IMG/VR virus record: IMGVR_UViG_3300025889_017816
Location: 32,001 to 96,000 of that record
Source of the DNA: a virus
Strand: one strand, 5' to 3'
Length of the DNA stretch: 64,000 bases
The notes under the pieces are model-generated. The model was not told the DNA's origin. It was given only the letters and a program-made list of their open reading frames with translations, and ran no database searches. The translations under genes were made by a program, and so were the position numbers. Below, in pieces: positions 39,403-48,687 of this stretch; position 1 is the first letter of the stretch; the number at the start of each line of letters is the position of its first letter.

Positions 39403-40574
39403 TGGACAGCGAACGCCTAGACATTGCTGAAGATATAGCCGAATCTATAGTAAGACTTGTTCTTGCGAGCGAAGATAAAGAAGCATCTTATGATTTAAAA
39501 GAATCTTTAGATCAACTTCCGAAATCTGCTCCACGGTTAGAACAAACATCTAATGCCTTTGAAGAGGCCAAAGAAAAGGGACTTACTGATAAACAAATTT
39601 TAGCTGGTTTTGGTGGCAAGAAAGCCAAAGAAATGATGTTATCAGGAAATTCAGGGGGTTCTGAGGACAGTGACATTTCCGAAGCCTCAGGTGAAGGTGG
39701 AGATTCTCCTATGGAACTAATTGTAGAAGCTGTTACAGGTATCAATGAAAATACAGCAGCCATATTAGCAGGATTAGAATCTGGTGATTTTGGTGGAGGT
39801 GAAGACGAAGGTCTTTTAGAAAACCTCAGTGACAAGTTTGGTGGAATGTTCGCTGGGTTAGGTCGCACCCTGACTGGTGCAATCAGAAGTATAGGTAGTG
39901 GAATTGCTCGCCTGGGTGGTGGAGCGGTCAGTATGGCTGGCCGAGGAGTCAGTATGGCTGGCCGAGGAGCACTTTCTATGATGCCTTCAGGTATGGCTGC
40001 CACAATGGGAGCTTCCGTGGCCGGTTCGTCTGCTCTTGCTATCGGTGGTACGGTCTTAGGTGGTCTGGCTGCTGGAATGGCTATAGGTGACCAATTTAAT
40101 ACTTCTGTAGAAGAAGGCGGGTCGGGTAATCTTCGTGACTGGTGGAGGAATAGTAGATTATTGGGATTGAGAAAGCAATCAATTGCAGAAAGAGAAAGTG
40201 AAGAACAAATCAATGCTAGCGGCGATGCTGCAGCGCGTGCAAGAGGATACAGTAGTTTTGCAGAAATGCAGGCGGCGAATGATGCGAGACGAGCTGCCCA
40301 GAGTCAAAACCAAGAAATGTTAGGTGAAGTTATTAATACCCCACGGATTAATACATCTGAGTCTTTACGAGAAGAAACTGAATATATGGCTGAAGGGCAC
40401 AGAATTGCTTCGACTGAGGAACTAGCAGCTGGTCTTGGTCTTAATTATGCTCCAAACAATACTACAAATATTGTAAATAATGCTGGATCATCTCAAACAG
40501 CAACCATACAAACAAGAGACACACACAACAGTTATAGAAGATATCAGGATAAAAGACAAAACAGAGTTTATTAA
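39402..40574 (+). CDS. Baseplate hub / tape-measure-like protein (gp29 position)
   Basis: Follows gp26/gp51; Gly/Ala/Met-rich core with a hydrophobic segment; Asn/Thr-rich C-terminus; TGATG coupling. Confidence 0.6.
   Translation: MDSERLDIAEDIAESIVRLVLASEDKEASYDLKESLDQLPKSAPRLEQTSNAFEEAKEKGLTDKQILAGFGGKKAKEMMLSGNSGGSEDSDISEASGEGGDSPMELIVEAVTGINENTAAILAGLESGDFGGGEDEGLLENLSDKFGGMFAGLGRTLTGAIRSIGSGIARLGGGAVSMAGRGVSMAGRGALSMMPSGMAATMGASVAGSSALAIGGTVLGGLAAGMAIGDQFNTSVEEGGSGNLRDWWRNSRLLGLRKQSIAERESEEQINASGDAAARARGYSSFAEMQAANDARRAAQSQNQEMLGEVINTPRINTSESLREETEYMAEGHRIASTEELAAGLGLNYAPNNTTNIVNNAGSSQTATIQTRDTHNSYRRYQDKRQNRVY
39927..39968 (+). repeat. Perfect 21-bp tandem duplication (VSMAGRG x2)
   Basis: GTCAGTATGGCTGGCCGAGGA repeated twice. 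Confidence 0.9.
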
Positions 40575-40579
40575 ACTGA

Positions 40580-40614
40580 AAAAGAGGGGGGCTTAAAGGC
40601 CCCCCTCTTTTTTT
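40580..40614. terminator. Bidirectional rho-independent terminator between convergent genes
   Basis: AAAAAGAGGGGGC-TTAAAG-GCCCCCCTCTTTTTTT. Confidence 0.88.
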
Positions 40615-41497
40615 AATCTTCAGCTAACTTAGCAAAATAGCTAAGAGTATCATCCTCGTCTTCATCCTCCATTGGAGAAGGAGCACTCCTAATAACAGGA
40701 GCTTCCTCTGAAATCTCAGAGATTTGATCTGCTGTCATAGCAGAGACAGGATTACCCTTTAAAACCATTTCGAGCTTTCTCTTAAGCTCATCATAACTCT
40801 TGAAATTCTTTTCGTCTAAGAATTCCTGTAAAGAGTGTTGCTGATTCCAAATAACTTCAATATCTGAATCGGAATCTGCAATTGCAGAAGGCGAATCAAA
40901 CTCGGACTTGTCGTAGTTGCGATAACCCTCAACATTACGAATCTTCAGCTTGAAGTCTGCACCAGCCCAGAAGTCAAAAGGATTAATAGGATCTTCATCC
41001 TCAAACTGTGGGTGCATTACGTCCTTGATCTTATCAAAGATTTTCTTACCAAACTTGTATAGGAAAACCTTCCCATCATTCTCAGGATTAGCTGAATCCT
41101 TAACTACGAGAATGTTAGAGATATGACTTAGACGGCGCTTCTGCTTACGAGCAATTTCCTTATTGCTCTCAACACCTGAATTCCAAAGCTCATTGTTAAG
41201 CTCAGAAACAGGATCGGGTTGATTAATAGTGGTCAAGCTGTTCTCAATATACCAGCGACCTGTGGGACCCTGAAACCCATGATCCCAAACACGAACCCAT
41301 GGAATCTCCTCACCCTTTGGCGGAGGAAGAAAGCGGATCACAGCATAGCCGTTGCCTGCCTTATCAACTGTAGGCTTCCAAAAGCGATCATCACCACGTG
41401 GCTTTGATGATGGATTAGAAATCTTCTCAACCTCTTTCATGAGGTTTTCGAAGTTGCCACGGCTACTGCGTAAATCTGATAAACTTGAAAATGACAT
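40613..41497 (-). CDS. gp32: Single-stranded DNA-binding protein
   Basis: DDRFWKP.VDKAGNGYAVIRFLP, WYIENSLTT, GKVFLYKFGKKIFDKI, YRNYDKSEF, ends LSYFAKLAED; start ATG 41497 behind AAGGAG. Confidence 0.97.
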   Translation of the reverse strand: MSFSSLSDLRSSRGNFENLMKEVEKISNPSSKPRGDDRFWKPTVDKAGNGYAVIRFLPPPKGEEIPWVRVWDHGFQGPTGRWYIENSLTTINQPDPVSELNNELWNSGVESNKEIARKQKRRLSHISNILVVKDSANPENDGKVFLYKFGKKIFDKIKDVMHPQFEDEDPINPFDFWAGADFKLKIRNVEGYRNYDKSEFDSPSAIADSDSDIEVIWNQQHSLQEFLDEKNFKSYDELKRKLEMVLKGNPVSAMTADQISEISEEAPVIRSAPSPMEDEDEDDTLSYFAKLAED

Positions 41498-41550
41498 TGT
41501 ATTTCTCCTTGTATAGCGTTGTATGTTGTTGTATAGCATTTTTCATAATA

Positions 41551-41730
41551 TTATTCATCATCCTGGTCTGTGTAATCCAAGTCTAATGAATCTTCATCAA
41601 AATCATCATATTCTTCATCAAGATAATCGTAGACTCTACCTTTGTGTTTTTTAAACAAATCCTTATTGTTTCTTTTACTTTGGTGTCTTCTTTCTTGATA
41701 TTCTTCTTCTTCCCAATAATTGTTACTCAT
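41551..41730 (-). CDS. 59-aa basic-then-acidic hypothetical protein; not in ORF track
   Basis: Hand translation MSNNYWEEEEYQERRHQSKRNNKDLFKKHKGRVYDYLDEEYDDFDEDSLDLDYTDQDDE*; overlaps the gp59 stop and fills the gap. Confidence 0.75.
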   Translation of the reverse strand: MSNNYWEEEEYQERRHQSKRNNKDLFKKHKGRVYDYLDEEYDDFDEDSLDLDYTDQDDE

Positions 41731-42313
41731 TATAAACCTTTTTTGTAATCATTTGGTATTTATCTTTCTCAACTGTTAAGAACGGTGAATATTTTTTGAT
41801 TTTAATAGAAACTTCTGCCCATACTGGATCAAGAAATAATTTCTTGTCCAAGTATAATCTAAATTTATATAATTTATTTAGAATTACAAGAGTTTCTAAA
41901 GAAACAATTTTACCATAATATAGTTTTAAAATAGGTGGATGGGTGTTTTCAACTTCCCAAAGTTCTGATAAAACAGGATAATGTTCCTGAATCCTCTGAA
42001 GTTCGGATTCATATGTGTATGCCATACTTTGTATTCTTTTTTGCCATTCCAAATATGTGTTCGCACCACCATCATCAAATAAACCACCCCATGTATCACC
42101 TGTAATAAAATTTGCAACAAAATATTCCACAAATGCATCTTGTGAATTATACTTGGATTTTATTTTATTTAAATAAATTCCAAACTCTTTTTTAACACCT
42201 TGTTTTGGTTTTTTAGGGATTCTTCCTTTTCTTATATCAAAATTATCTGAATCCTGTGTGAAATGTAATCTTAAAGCAGTATAAACCTGATATAAAGATT
42301 CTACATTGCTCAT
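41723..42313 (-). CDS. gp59: Loader of replicative helicase
   Basis: Y..Y.AL.LHF, FVANF, Y..W.KR..S..Y, HPPILK.Y....VSLETLVIL, KYSPFL. Confidence 0.88.
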   Translation of the reverse strand: MSNVESLYQVYTALRLHFTQDSDNFDIRKGRIPKKPKQGVKKEFGIYLNKIKSKYNSQDAFVEYFVANFITGDTWGGLFDDGGANTYLEWQKRIQSMAYTYESELQRIQEHYPVLSELWEVENTHPPILKLYYGKIVSLETLVILNKLYKFRLYLDKKLFLDPVWAEVSIKIKKYSPFLTVEKDKYQMITKKVYNE

Positions 42314-42603
42314 GGCAACTTAGGTGTTTTGTTTTTCTTTAATAAGTTCATTTCTTCAGCTTCAGCTCTAATTTTTTCTTTCAGAGATGAAGTTATAAAA
42401 CTAGAAACAGCTTGAGGTTCAATATCATTCTCCTCACAATATTCTAGTAACATTTCAAAATAGCCCAAACGCCTCAGAACAGCCTGTTCTTCAATATACA
42501 TTGAAAAATCTATAGCATTATTAAATTCACCTTTGGTAATAATATATTCCAAAGTTACAATCTCAACTGGTTGAGGTTTTGGTAATTCAAATTCATCCAT
42601 CAT
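42310..42603 (-). CDS. gp33: Late transcription coactivator
   Basis: FS..IE, YCEENDIEP..V...I..SLKEKI.AEA...N.L.....KLP. Confidence 0.9.
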   Translation of the reverse strand: MMDEFELPKPQPVEIVTLEYIITKGEFNNAIDFSMYIEEQAVLRRLGYFEMLLEYCEENDIEPQAVSSFITSSLKEKIRAEAEEMNLLKKNKTPKLP

Positions 42604-43109
42604 GCACCATCCGCTAATTCATAAAAAATGTGATTTCCTATTTGTTCAATTTGTTTTGCATAAGGCCATTTTGGATTTACATATGATGCATGAAAAAATA
42701 AAGCATCTTTTAAAATATCCAATTCTAAATTATCATTTAGAAATTTTTCTGCCAAAATATAAGTTTCATTGAAAAGATGTGGTTCAAATCTTGTTCTTGC
42801 TCCACAAGTCCAAGAAAACTGACACCCTACATCATTTCTTTGAAAAACAACCTCACAAATAGAATTAGGATATTGTTTATTTCTAACTCTATTCATAGTA
42901 ACTGTAGCAACTGCTAATTTTCCTTCATAAGGTTCATTCAATGACTCAAAGAAAATATTTTGAGCCAAACAATTTATTTCTGAACCTTCAAATTCAGATT
43001 TTTCAACAATTACCTCAACTACAGGAGGTAAAGTATTTGGAATATTAGTTGGAAAAACTATTAATACTAAAGACGATAGTACCAAAGTTATAATAATATA
43101 TCTCATCAT
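42600..43109 (-). CDS. Cell wall hydrolase, SleB / Hydrolase_2 family
   Basis: CLAQNIFFES..E...GK.AVA.V.MNRV....YPNSICEVVFQ, CQFSW, FHA.YV.P.W, IGNHIFY; N-terminal TM; start 43109 behind GGGAGG. Confidence 0.9.
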   Translation of the reverse strand: MMRYIIITLVLSSLVLIVFPTNIPNTLPPVVEVIVEKSEFEGSEINCLAQNIFFESLNEPYEGKLAVATVTMNRVRNKQYPNSICEVVFQRNDVGCQFSWTCGARTRFEPHLFNETYILAEKFLNDNLELDILKDALFFHASYVNPKWPYAKQIEQIGNHIFYELADGA

Positions 43110-43130
43110 AAGTACCTCCCTTATTGATGT

Positions 43131-43160
43131 AATATAATACATTACAATTGGTTTGTCAAG
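43131..43160 (-). promoter_or_regulatory. Sigma70-type promoter
   Basis: CTTGACA-N17-TATATT. Confidence 0.7.
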
Positions 43161-43812
43161 GTTTAAGTTCGAAAAGGTCCCGGTAGTATAAAAGACCTTC
43201 TACAAAATCATCCCTTTTGCCTTGAAAAGTTTGGACAAACCCATCTTCGACTACGATAATAATTGTTAAACGATTGATAGGTATATTGGTTCTTTCTTCG
43301 AACATTATTGCATATGCTGAGGCTTGCATAAAATAATGCAAAATGTGTTCTTTATCTTTTTCTCTTCTGGCAGTTTTAAAATCTATGATAGATAATTTAC
43401 CATCATATTCAGCTATACAATCTACACGTCCTGCTAATCGTAAATGATCAGAATATAACGGCGCCTCAAGGGACCTTATATTATTTATTCTATCAAGTTC
43501 CGGGAGTATGACAGAAAACATCTCCTTTTCCATTAGAGATATGTTTTCTAACTCCTCATTATTGAGGTAATTTTCAATAATGTTATGTATCCTTGTTCCT
43601 CTGTTGGCTGCCTGTTTAGATATTTTATTTGCTTCTTCCTCACCAACACGTTTGCGCCATTCTTGTATACCTTGTTTAGTATGTTCAGATAACACCGTGG
43701 TGACGGAAGGGTAGGATTTACCTTCAGGAGTTTGGTAAACCCTACCCTTCTCGGTCGTGTAAGCAGTCAAATCCTGTAACTCAACAGGAACATGATTAAA
43801 TTTTTTCATCAC
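43156..43812 (-). CDS. PD-(D/E)XK exonuclease (exonuclease V / Cas4-like fold)
   Basis: YPSVTTVL, WRKRVG.EEA, RGT..H, LAGRVDCIAEYDG.LS.IDFKT, Q..AYA.M..E. Confidence 0.88.
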   Translation of the reverse strand: MMKKFNHVPVELQDLTAYTTEKGRVYQTPEGKSYPSVTTVLSEHTKQGIQEWRKRVGEEEANKISKQAANRGTRIHNIIENYLNNEELENISLMEKEMFSVILPELDRINNIRSLEAPLYSDHLRLAGRVDCIAEYDGKLSIIDFKTARREKDKEHILHYFMQASAYAIMFEERTNIPINRLTIIIVVEDGFVQTFQGKRDDFVEGLLYYRDLFELKP

Positions 43813-43838
43813 ACCTCAACTTGTTTAATCATACTATT

Positions 43839-43868
43839 AATGTAATAATAATTTATTGTTATGTCAAG
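43839..43868 (-). promoter_or_regulatory. Sigma70-type promoter
   Basis: CTTGACA-N17-TACATT. Confidence 0.65.
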
Positions 43869-44610
43869 ATGCCATTAACACCATATCGTCGTAGGCCAAT
43901 CTTGCTAAAATATATTCTTTAACAAGGTTGCTTCTAACAATATCGGTGATTTCAAATTCTAGCATTTTGAATGTTGACATATGTTTTGTTATACTTATAA
44001 ACTTATTTAACCCAGACATATCCTGTTTTCTATAAAGATCTGTTTGCCTAAAATCTCCACAAAATATAATTTTAGAATGTTTGCCAATACGGGTCATGAT
44101 ACTATTAATTTCCATATCGTTCATGTTTTGACATTCATCAACAATAACAATGGAATTATCCATTGTTAATCCTCTTACATACGATGTTGTCATGAATTCA
44201 ATTACTCCTTGTTCCATTAATTTCATGTATGCAATTTTTCCAAATCTAGGAATTAAATCTGAACAAATATCCTGATATGGTCGAGAATATATTTCAGTTT
44301 TTTCTTTTTCGTTTCCTGGCAAAAATCCTATGTCTCTGGATGGAACTGCTGATCTTACTATAACAATTTTTTCGAACTCTGAGGTTTCCTTTAAAACCTC
44401 ATTTAATGCATTGTACAATGCGATATATGTCTTACCTGTTCCTGCTACGCCATGCAATAATATAGCTTCAGTACCCTTGTTGTAAAGTTTATAGAATTTG
44501 TCTTGGTTAATTGTTAATGGTTTGATTGGTTTTAAATCTCCTTTGATAATTAAATTAGGGTTTCTACCATTAGAATTTTTAACACTTTGGCGATTTTTTT
44601 TACGGGACAT
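43864..44610 (-). CDS. phoH: PhoH-family ATPase
   Basis: G.AGTGKT Walker A, R.IGFLPG...EK, RG.T, IVDECQN, GD..Q.DL, DIVRS.LVK; start taken at ATG 44610. Confidence 0.95.
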   Translation of the reverse strand: MSRKKNRQSVKNSNGRNPNLIIKGDLKPIKPLTINQDKFYKLYNKGTEAILLHGVAGTGKTYIALYNALNEVLKETSEFEKIVIVRSAVPSRDIGFLPGNEKEKTEIYSRPYQDICSDLIPRFGKIAYMKLMEQGVIEFMTTSYVRGLTMDNSIVIVDECQNMNDMEINSIMTRIGKHSKIIFCGDFRQTDLYRKQDMSGLNKFISITKHMSTFKMLEFEITDIVRSNLVKEYILARLAYDDMVLMAS

Positions 44611-44631
44611 TTTAGACTCGCTAGTTAGGGT

Positions 44632-44670
44632 AAAAAAATAACTCCCCCAGTGCTTAAGCACCAAGGGAGT
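44632..44670 (-). terminator. Rho-independent terminator after FmdB
   Basis: ACTCCCTTGGTGC-TTAA-GCACTGGGGGAGT followed by TATTTTTTT on the minus strand. Confidence 0.78.
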
Positions 44671-44693
44671 ATGTTTAAGTTATTTCGTACTTT

Positions 44694-44960
44694 TTAAAAG
44701 TCGAAACTGCTGTTGCTAAGTGTGTTGCCTCTGTTATTTGATTCAATTTTTTGCATCACCTCTTTGAAGCCCCCATCGGGTCTTCTGATTCCTAGTCTTA
44801 CCGGGTCTCCTAAAGCAGGAGCGGAAAATATAACCTTCTTGACCTGAACCTCACCACAATTAGGACATGGTTCCTCCTCGGGTTGTTTCATGTTAGGAAT
44901 GCTCAATATCTTTTCAAAATAATGTTCACATTTGTCACACTTGTATTCATAGTTAGGCAT
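44694..44960 (-). CDS. FmdB-family zinc-ribbon protein
   Basis: MPNYEYKC..C...FE, CP.CG, DPVRLG...PD.GF.EV. Confidence 0.88.
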   Translation of the reverse strand: MPNYEYKCDKCEHYFEKILSIPNMKQPEEEPCPNCGEVQVKKVIFSAPALGDPVRLGIRRPDGGFKEVMQKIESNNRGNTLSNSSFDF

Positions 44961-44992
44961 ATTTTTATTTATCTCATCGGGTTTTTTACGGT

Positions 44993-46285
44993 TCACTTAA
45001 TCTTCTTGGAAGAATCTGCTTCGGTTTTATCCTCACGAATTTCAAGGAAAACAGGGAGGAACAAACTCTCAGTATCAGAATTCTTGTCCTTGATTCTTGC
45101 ATTATATTTAACTGCAACAATCTTACCTACAGTATTATCTACTGTGTATTTATCACGCTGTTCATCCGTAAATCCACTACCAACATTAACACGAATTTTC
45201 TTGTCAGCAGATTCAAGAACGAGAGCACCTAACTTACCAACATTCTTACCTGTACCTTCTTGCCAATCAACACAAAGCAAATCACAATCTAACTCACCCT
45301 TAAACTTAATTTGATGAGTAGCACGCTTGTCTTCCCATGGACTATTGATATTTTTTAGGATGATACCTTCCTCACCCTTGTTAAAATATTCCTGAAACAG
45401 TGTGTTAGCCTGATCTTCAGATACTACCTCATGATTTTCAATGATGGAAATTCTATGAACAGCCTTGTTTGGATCAACACCTAGCAACTTAGAAAATCTT
45501 TGTACATAAGGTGTGTTACAAACACCAACCTTGAAATCTTGTAGAGGAATAATGTCCCAAATAGTAGCATAAACCATATTTGCTTCCTTGAGAGAGATAG
45601 TTCCCTTTACTGCCTTATTAAGGATACCATTACCCTTTTGTCGGTTCATAATAGAACCATCTACTTCCTTAACAATAAGCTCTCCATCAAACACACAATT
45701 TTCTGTCCCTGCATATGCAAGAAAAGCCTGATTTAATACATCATGAAGCTCTATGCTTTTTCCGTTTCTTGACTTTAATTCAATTTTCCCATTTTCTACA
45801 ATAGCATTGAAACGCATCCCATCTAACTTTAGTTGAACATATGCGGGATATTCCATTCTAGCCATTAACTTCTCGCTGTATCCAGAAGCTAACATAACAG
45901 GGTAGGTTGGGATAAGATTAGGAAAAATTTTGTTAACAGTTGCGGTAGAAACACCACACTTCAAATCCTTAGAAATAATCCTGGTAACAATGTCTGCATC
46001 TTCAGGATGAATATTTTCAAGAATCCAAGTAAGTCGGTCAATGGCAGCATTACCTGTGATTTTTCTTGTATAAATTTCTTCCAGATGAAAAAACACATCG
46101 TCCCAATTTAGATTAAAGGACTTGTTTTCGTATGCTGGGATCTTTCTTATGTAAAACTGAGTATAAGGATCCAGAGCAAGAAACATTACCTTCTGTAAGG
46201 TTTCATTCATGAAATTAGACCGAAGAATATCCTCCTTGTCTAATCTAGAAGAAGTTGATTCTAATGCCTTGAAAATATGATACAT
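44993..46285 (-). CDS. gp30: ATP-dependent DNA ligase
   Basis: KLDGMR active-site motif, FDGEL, EGIILK, VGSGF, SLFLPVF...R.DK. Confidence 0.95.
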   Translation of the reverse strand: MYHIFKALESTSSRLDKEDILRSNFMNETLQKVMFLALDPYTQFYIRKIPAYENKSFNLNWDDVFFHLEEIYTRKITGNAAIDRLTWILENIHPEDADIVTRIISKDLKCGVSTATVNKIFPNLIPTYPVMLASGYSEKLMARMEYPAYVQLKLDGMRFNAIVENGKIELKSRNGKSIELHDVLNQAFLAYAGTENCVFDGELIVKEVDGSIMNRQKGNGILNKAVKGTISLKEANMVYATIWDIIPLQDFKVGVCNTPYVQRFSKLLGVDPNKAVHRISIIENHEVVSEDQANTLFQEYFNKGEEGIILKNINSPWEDKRATHQIKFKGELDCDLLCVDWQEGTGKNVGKLGALVLESADKKIRVNVGSGFTDEQRDKYTVDNTVGKIVAVKYNARIKDKNSDTESLFLPVFLEIREDKTEADSSKKIK

Positions 46286-46317
46286 ATATTTCTCCTTGAA
46301 GAATCCATTTCTACTTA

Positions 46318-46347
46318 AATATAATACTTCAGGAGTGTTTTGTCAAG
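46318..46347 (-). promoter_or_regulatory. Sigma70-type promoter for the ligase operon
   Basis: CTTGACA-N17-TATATT, then AAGGAG RBS. Confidence 0.72.
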
Positions 46348-46349
46348 TG

Positions 46350-47822
46350 CTATAAAACCAAAATATCGTAAACATTACTAAATTCTGTGGCATCCTCTAT
46401 GGTATTAACCATTGGTTTTCCACGAATATTTAAACTGGTATTTAAAATCATTGGACAACCAGTTTCCTGTTCCCATAATTTCAAGAATTTATTAAACCCT
46501 GGAGAATCATATTCTGAAACAGTTTGGACTCTAGAGCTTCCATCATGATGTATGATGGCTGGGAATTCATCTGGTTTTTTACATTGCATTGTGTATTGCA
46601 TATATGGACTTTCAGAGGTACACATATGAAAATAATTTGATGCTTCTTTTTTAAGGATGGCGGGAGCAAAAGGTCTGAATTTTTGTCTACGTTTAATTTC
46701 GTTTACTTTATCTTTTATTTCAGGACCTCTAGGATCAGCCAGTAAACTTCTGTGACCTAAAGCTCTTGGTCCAAACTCTGCTCTACCATTAGCAATACCA
46801 ACAATTTTATGTTTTTTTAAAGCATCTACTAATTGTTCGGCTGGATACTTACCTTTAATATCATGTCCTAAAAATGCATTATTAAAAAGCATAGATTGTT
46901 TTCTTTGAGCAGCAACCGCACCCAAACTGTTACCTGCATCACCTGGGTTAGGCATGATCCACACATTTTTGAAATAAGTATGTGCAATAGAATTAGCTAC
47001 ACAATTTAATGCACATCCACCCGCAAGAACTAAATTATCCGATGGTACTAATTCTTTGGCTTTGTGCAACAAATCATGAAAATATAATTCATAAACAAAT
47101 TGTGTGGCTGCTGCAATATCATACTTATCTTGTTCAGAAGATAGTTCGCGCCTCCACCATTTACAACCACGATGAAGGTTTTCCTTTAACTTAAGATCAT
47201 GTTTTGTATCAAAGAAGTCTTCCAATATTATTGGAGCATACTTGGATGCGTCTCCATATGCAGCCATACCCATCAAAATATATTCTTCTTCGTTTGGTTT
47301 TAATCCAACACGTTGGGTCATTGCAGAATACCACAATCCTAAACTATGGGGATATTTAACACTAAATTTCTTGTGTAATTTTTTATTTTTTCCTTCCCAT
47401 ATTGTTGTGGTATCAAATTCACCTATGGCATCAATCACTAAAATGGCAGCATCAGGAAACAAAGAAGTATAATAACCACCTGCTGCATGACTTTCGTGGT
47501 GATTACCGAACGTTAAATATTTTGGGTCAATATTATATTTCAGTAAATAATCTCTAAAATTATTTTCTTTCCCTAACCACCCTTGACCTGACATGAATTG
47601 TCGGAATGTTTTTGTAAATGGATTTTCATACCATACTACTTCATCTGGTTTGCCAAAATACAAAGCATCTGAAATTAAATCATGGTGTAAATGAGCATCA
47701 TTCTTTTTTCTTGAATAACGTTCACTTTGTGCGGCAAAAAGTATGGTGTTGTGTTTATCCACAACCGTGATTGCTGCATCATGGCTATTTGCTGATATTC
47801 CCCAACTAATCATATTATTCAT
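46350..47822 (-). CDS. Carbamoyltransferase (NodU/CmcH/TobZ family)
   Basis: HDAA, ERYSR.K.D, HH.SHAA, GGCALN, EFGPRALG.RS, FRPFAP, LNTSLN. Confidence 0.93.
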   Translation of the reverse strand: MNNMISWGISANSHDAAITVVDKHNTILFAAQSERYSRKKNDAHLHHDLISDALYFGKPDEVVWYENPFTKTFRQFMSGQGWLGKENNFRDYLLKYNIDPKYLTFGNHHESHAAGGYYTSLFPDAAILVIDAIGEFDTTTIWEGKNKKLHKKFSVKYPHSLGLWYSAMTQRVGLKPNEEEYILMGMAAYGDASKYAPIILEDFFDTKHDLKLKENLHRGCKWWRRELSSEQDKYDIAAATQFVYELYFHDLLHKAKELVPSDNLVLAGGCALNCVANSIAHTYFKNVWIMPNPGDAGNSLGAVAAQRKQSMLFNNAFLGHDIKGKYPAEQLVDALKKHKIVGIANGRAEFGPRALGHRSLLADPRGPEIKDKVNEIKRRQKFRPFAPAILKKEASNYFHMCTSESPYMQYTMQCKKPDEFPAIIHHDGSSRVQTVSEYDSPGFNKFLKLWEQETGCPMILNTSLNIRGKPMVNTIEDATEFSNVYDILVL

Positions 47823-47823
47823 A

Positions 47824-48687
47824 TTATAACATTTTTTCTATTTTAGGTAAGATATGCTGCTCTAAAAAATTTTTATGTGCTTCGGGGCCTGGATGAACAG
47901 TATCTAATAATTTATAATTGTTTTTTTCTGTGAATTCCAATAAAGGTTCCATTACCCAATTATCAAAATTGATACAATCATAAAGAGGTTTTAAAAAATT
48001 ATATTTTTTATAACAAATATCTTTCTTGATTTTTTTAAAGTGAAAATCATAATCAGGATAATAGAAAAAATCTATAGCCATCATATTCAACATTTTGATG
48101 TTATTTTTTTCACAAAAATATTGTAGTAATAAAATATTATTAAATGTTTCTAACAATTCACTTCCGGAAGAGTGGTAGGTATCGTACCAAGGTTTAACAA
48201 ATTTATCAATTTCTGGGTACCAACCGAATTCATATGTACCACCAGGACTTCCTACAGCCCAAAATTCATTAATATTTGTTGTTTCTTCTTTTGAAAAGGA
48301 CTTTAAGGCGACATGATGATAGGTTCGGTTTGGAAAGGGAAAAATATCTAAAAATATAGGATTTAAAACTGGTAATGGTTCTCTTTTTAATAAGATTGGA
48401 TCATAAACATATAAATCTGAACCATACATTTCTTCCCTGTCTATTAAAAATAATTTTCTAGGAGGATAGGTCCAAAGAACAGCTAGAAAAATTTCATTGG
48501 AGTTATATCCTTTTTCAAATGCTGTTTGAATACCATGTATTGAACTTCTGGTAATCCATTCATTTCCATATGAAGGCATAGCAAGATTGTGTATAGGAAC
48601 CATCAAATGCTCAGCCAATCTATTATTCCAATCAGGGTGCTCGGATGAAAAGCTATCACCACTTGTTATTAGTATTTTAATTTCCAT
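47824..48687 (-). CDS. SGNH/GDSL-like protein (putative acyltransferase/esterase)
   Basis: N-terminal GDSFS, NLA....GN, C-terminal D..HP...AH. Confidence 0.6.
   Translation of the reverse strand: MEIKILITSGDSFSSEHPDWNNRLAEHLMVPIHNLAMPSYGNEWITRSSIHGIQTAFEKGYNSNEIFLAVLWTYPPRKLFLIDREEMYGSDLYVYDPILLKREPLPVLNPIFLDIFPFPNRTYHHVALKSFSKEETTNINEFWAVGSPGGTYEFGWYPEIDKFVKPWYDTYHSSGSELLETFNNILLLQYFCEKNNIKMLNMMAIDFFYYPDYDFHFKKIKKDICYKKYNFLKPLYDCINFDNWVMEPLLEFTEKNNYKLLDTVHPGPEAHKNFLEQHILPKIEKML

Noticed and set aside
39512-40213. 233-aa minus-strand ORF
   Set aside because: Antisense shadow of the GC-richer gp29-like gene
43156-43812. Cas4 / CRISPR adaptation gene
   Set aside because: Lacks the Cas4 Fe-S cysteine set, has no cas context and matches the usual T4-like exonuclease
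44611-44664. N-terminal extension of PhoH given in the ORF track
   Set aside because: Overlaps a terminator hairpin; ATG 44610 is the more plausible start
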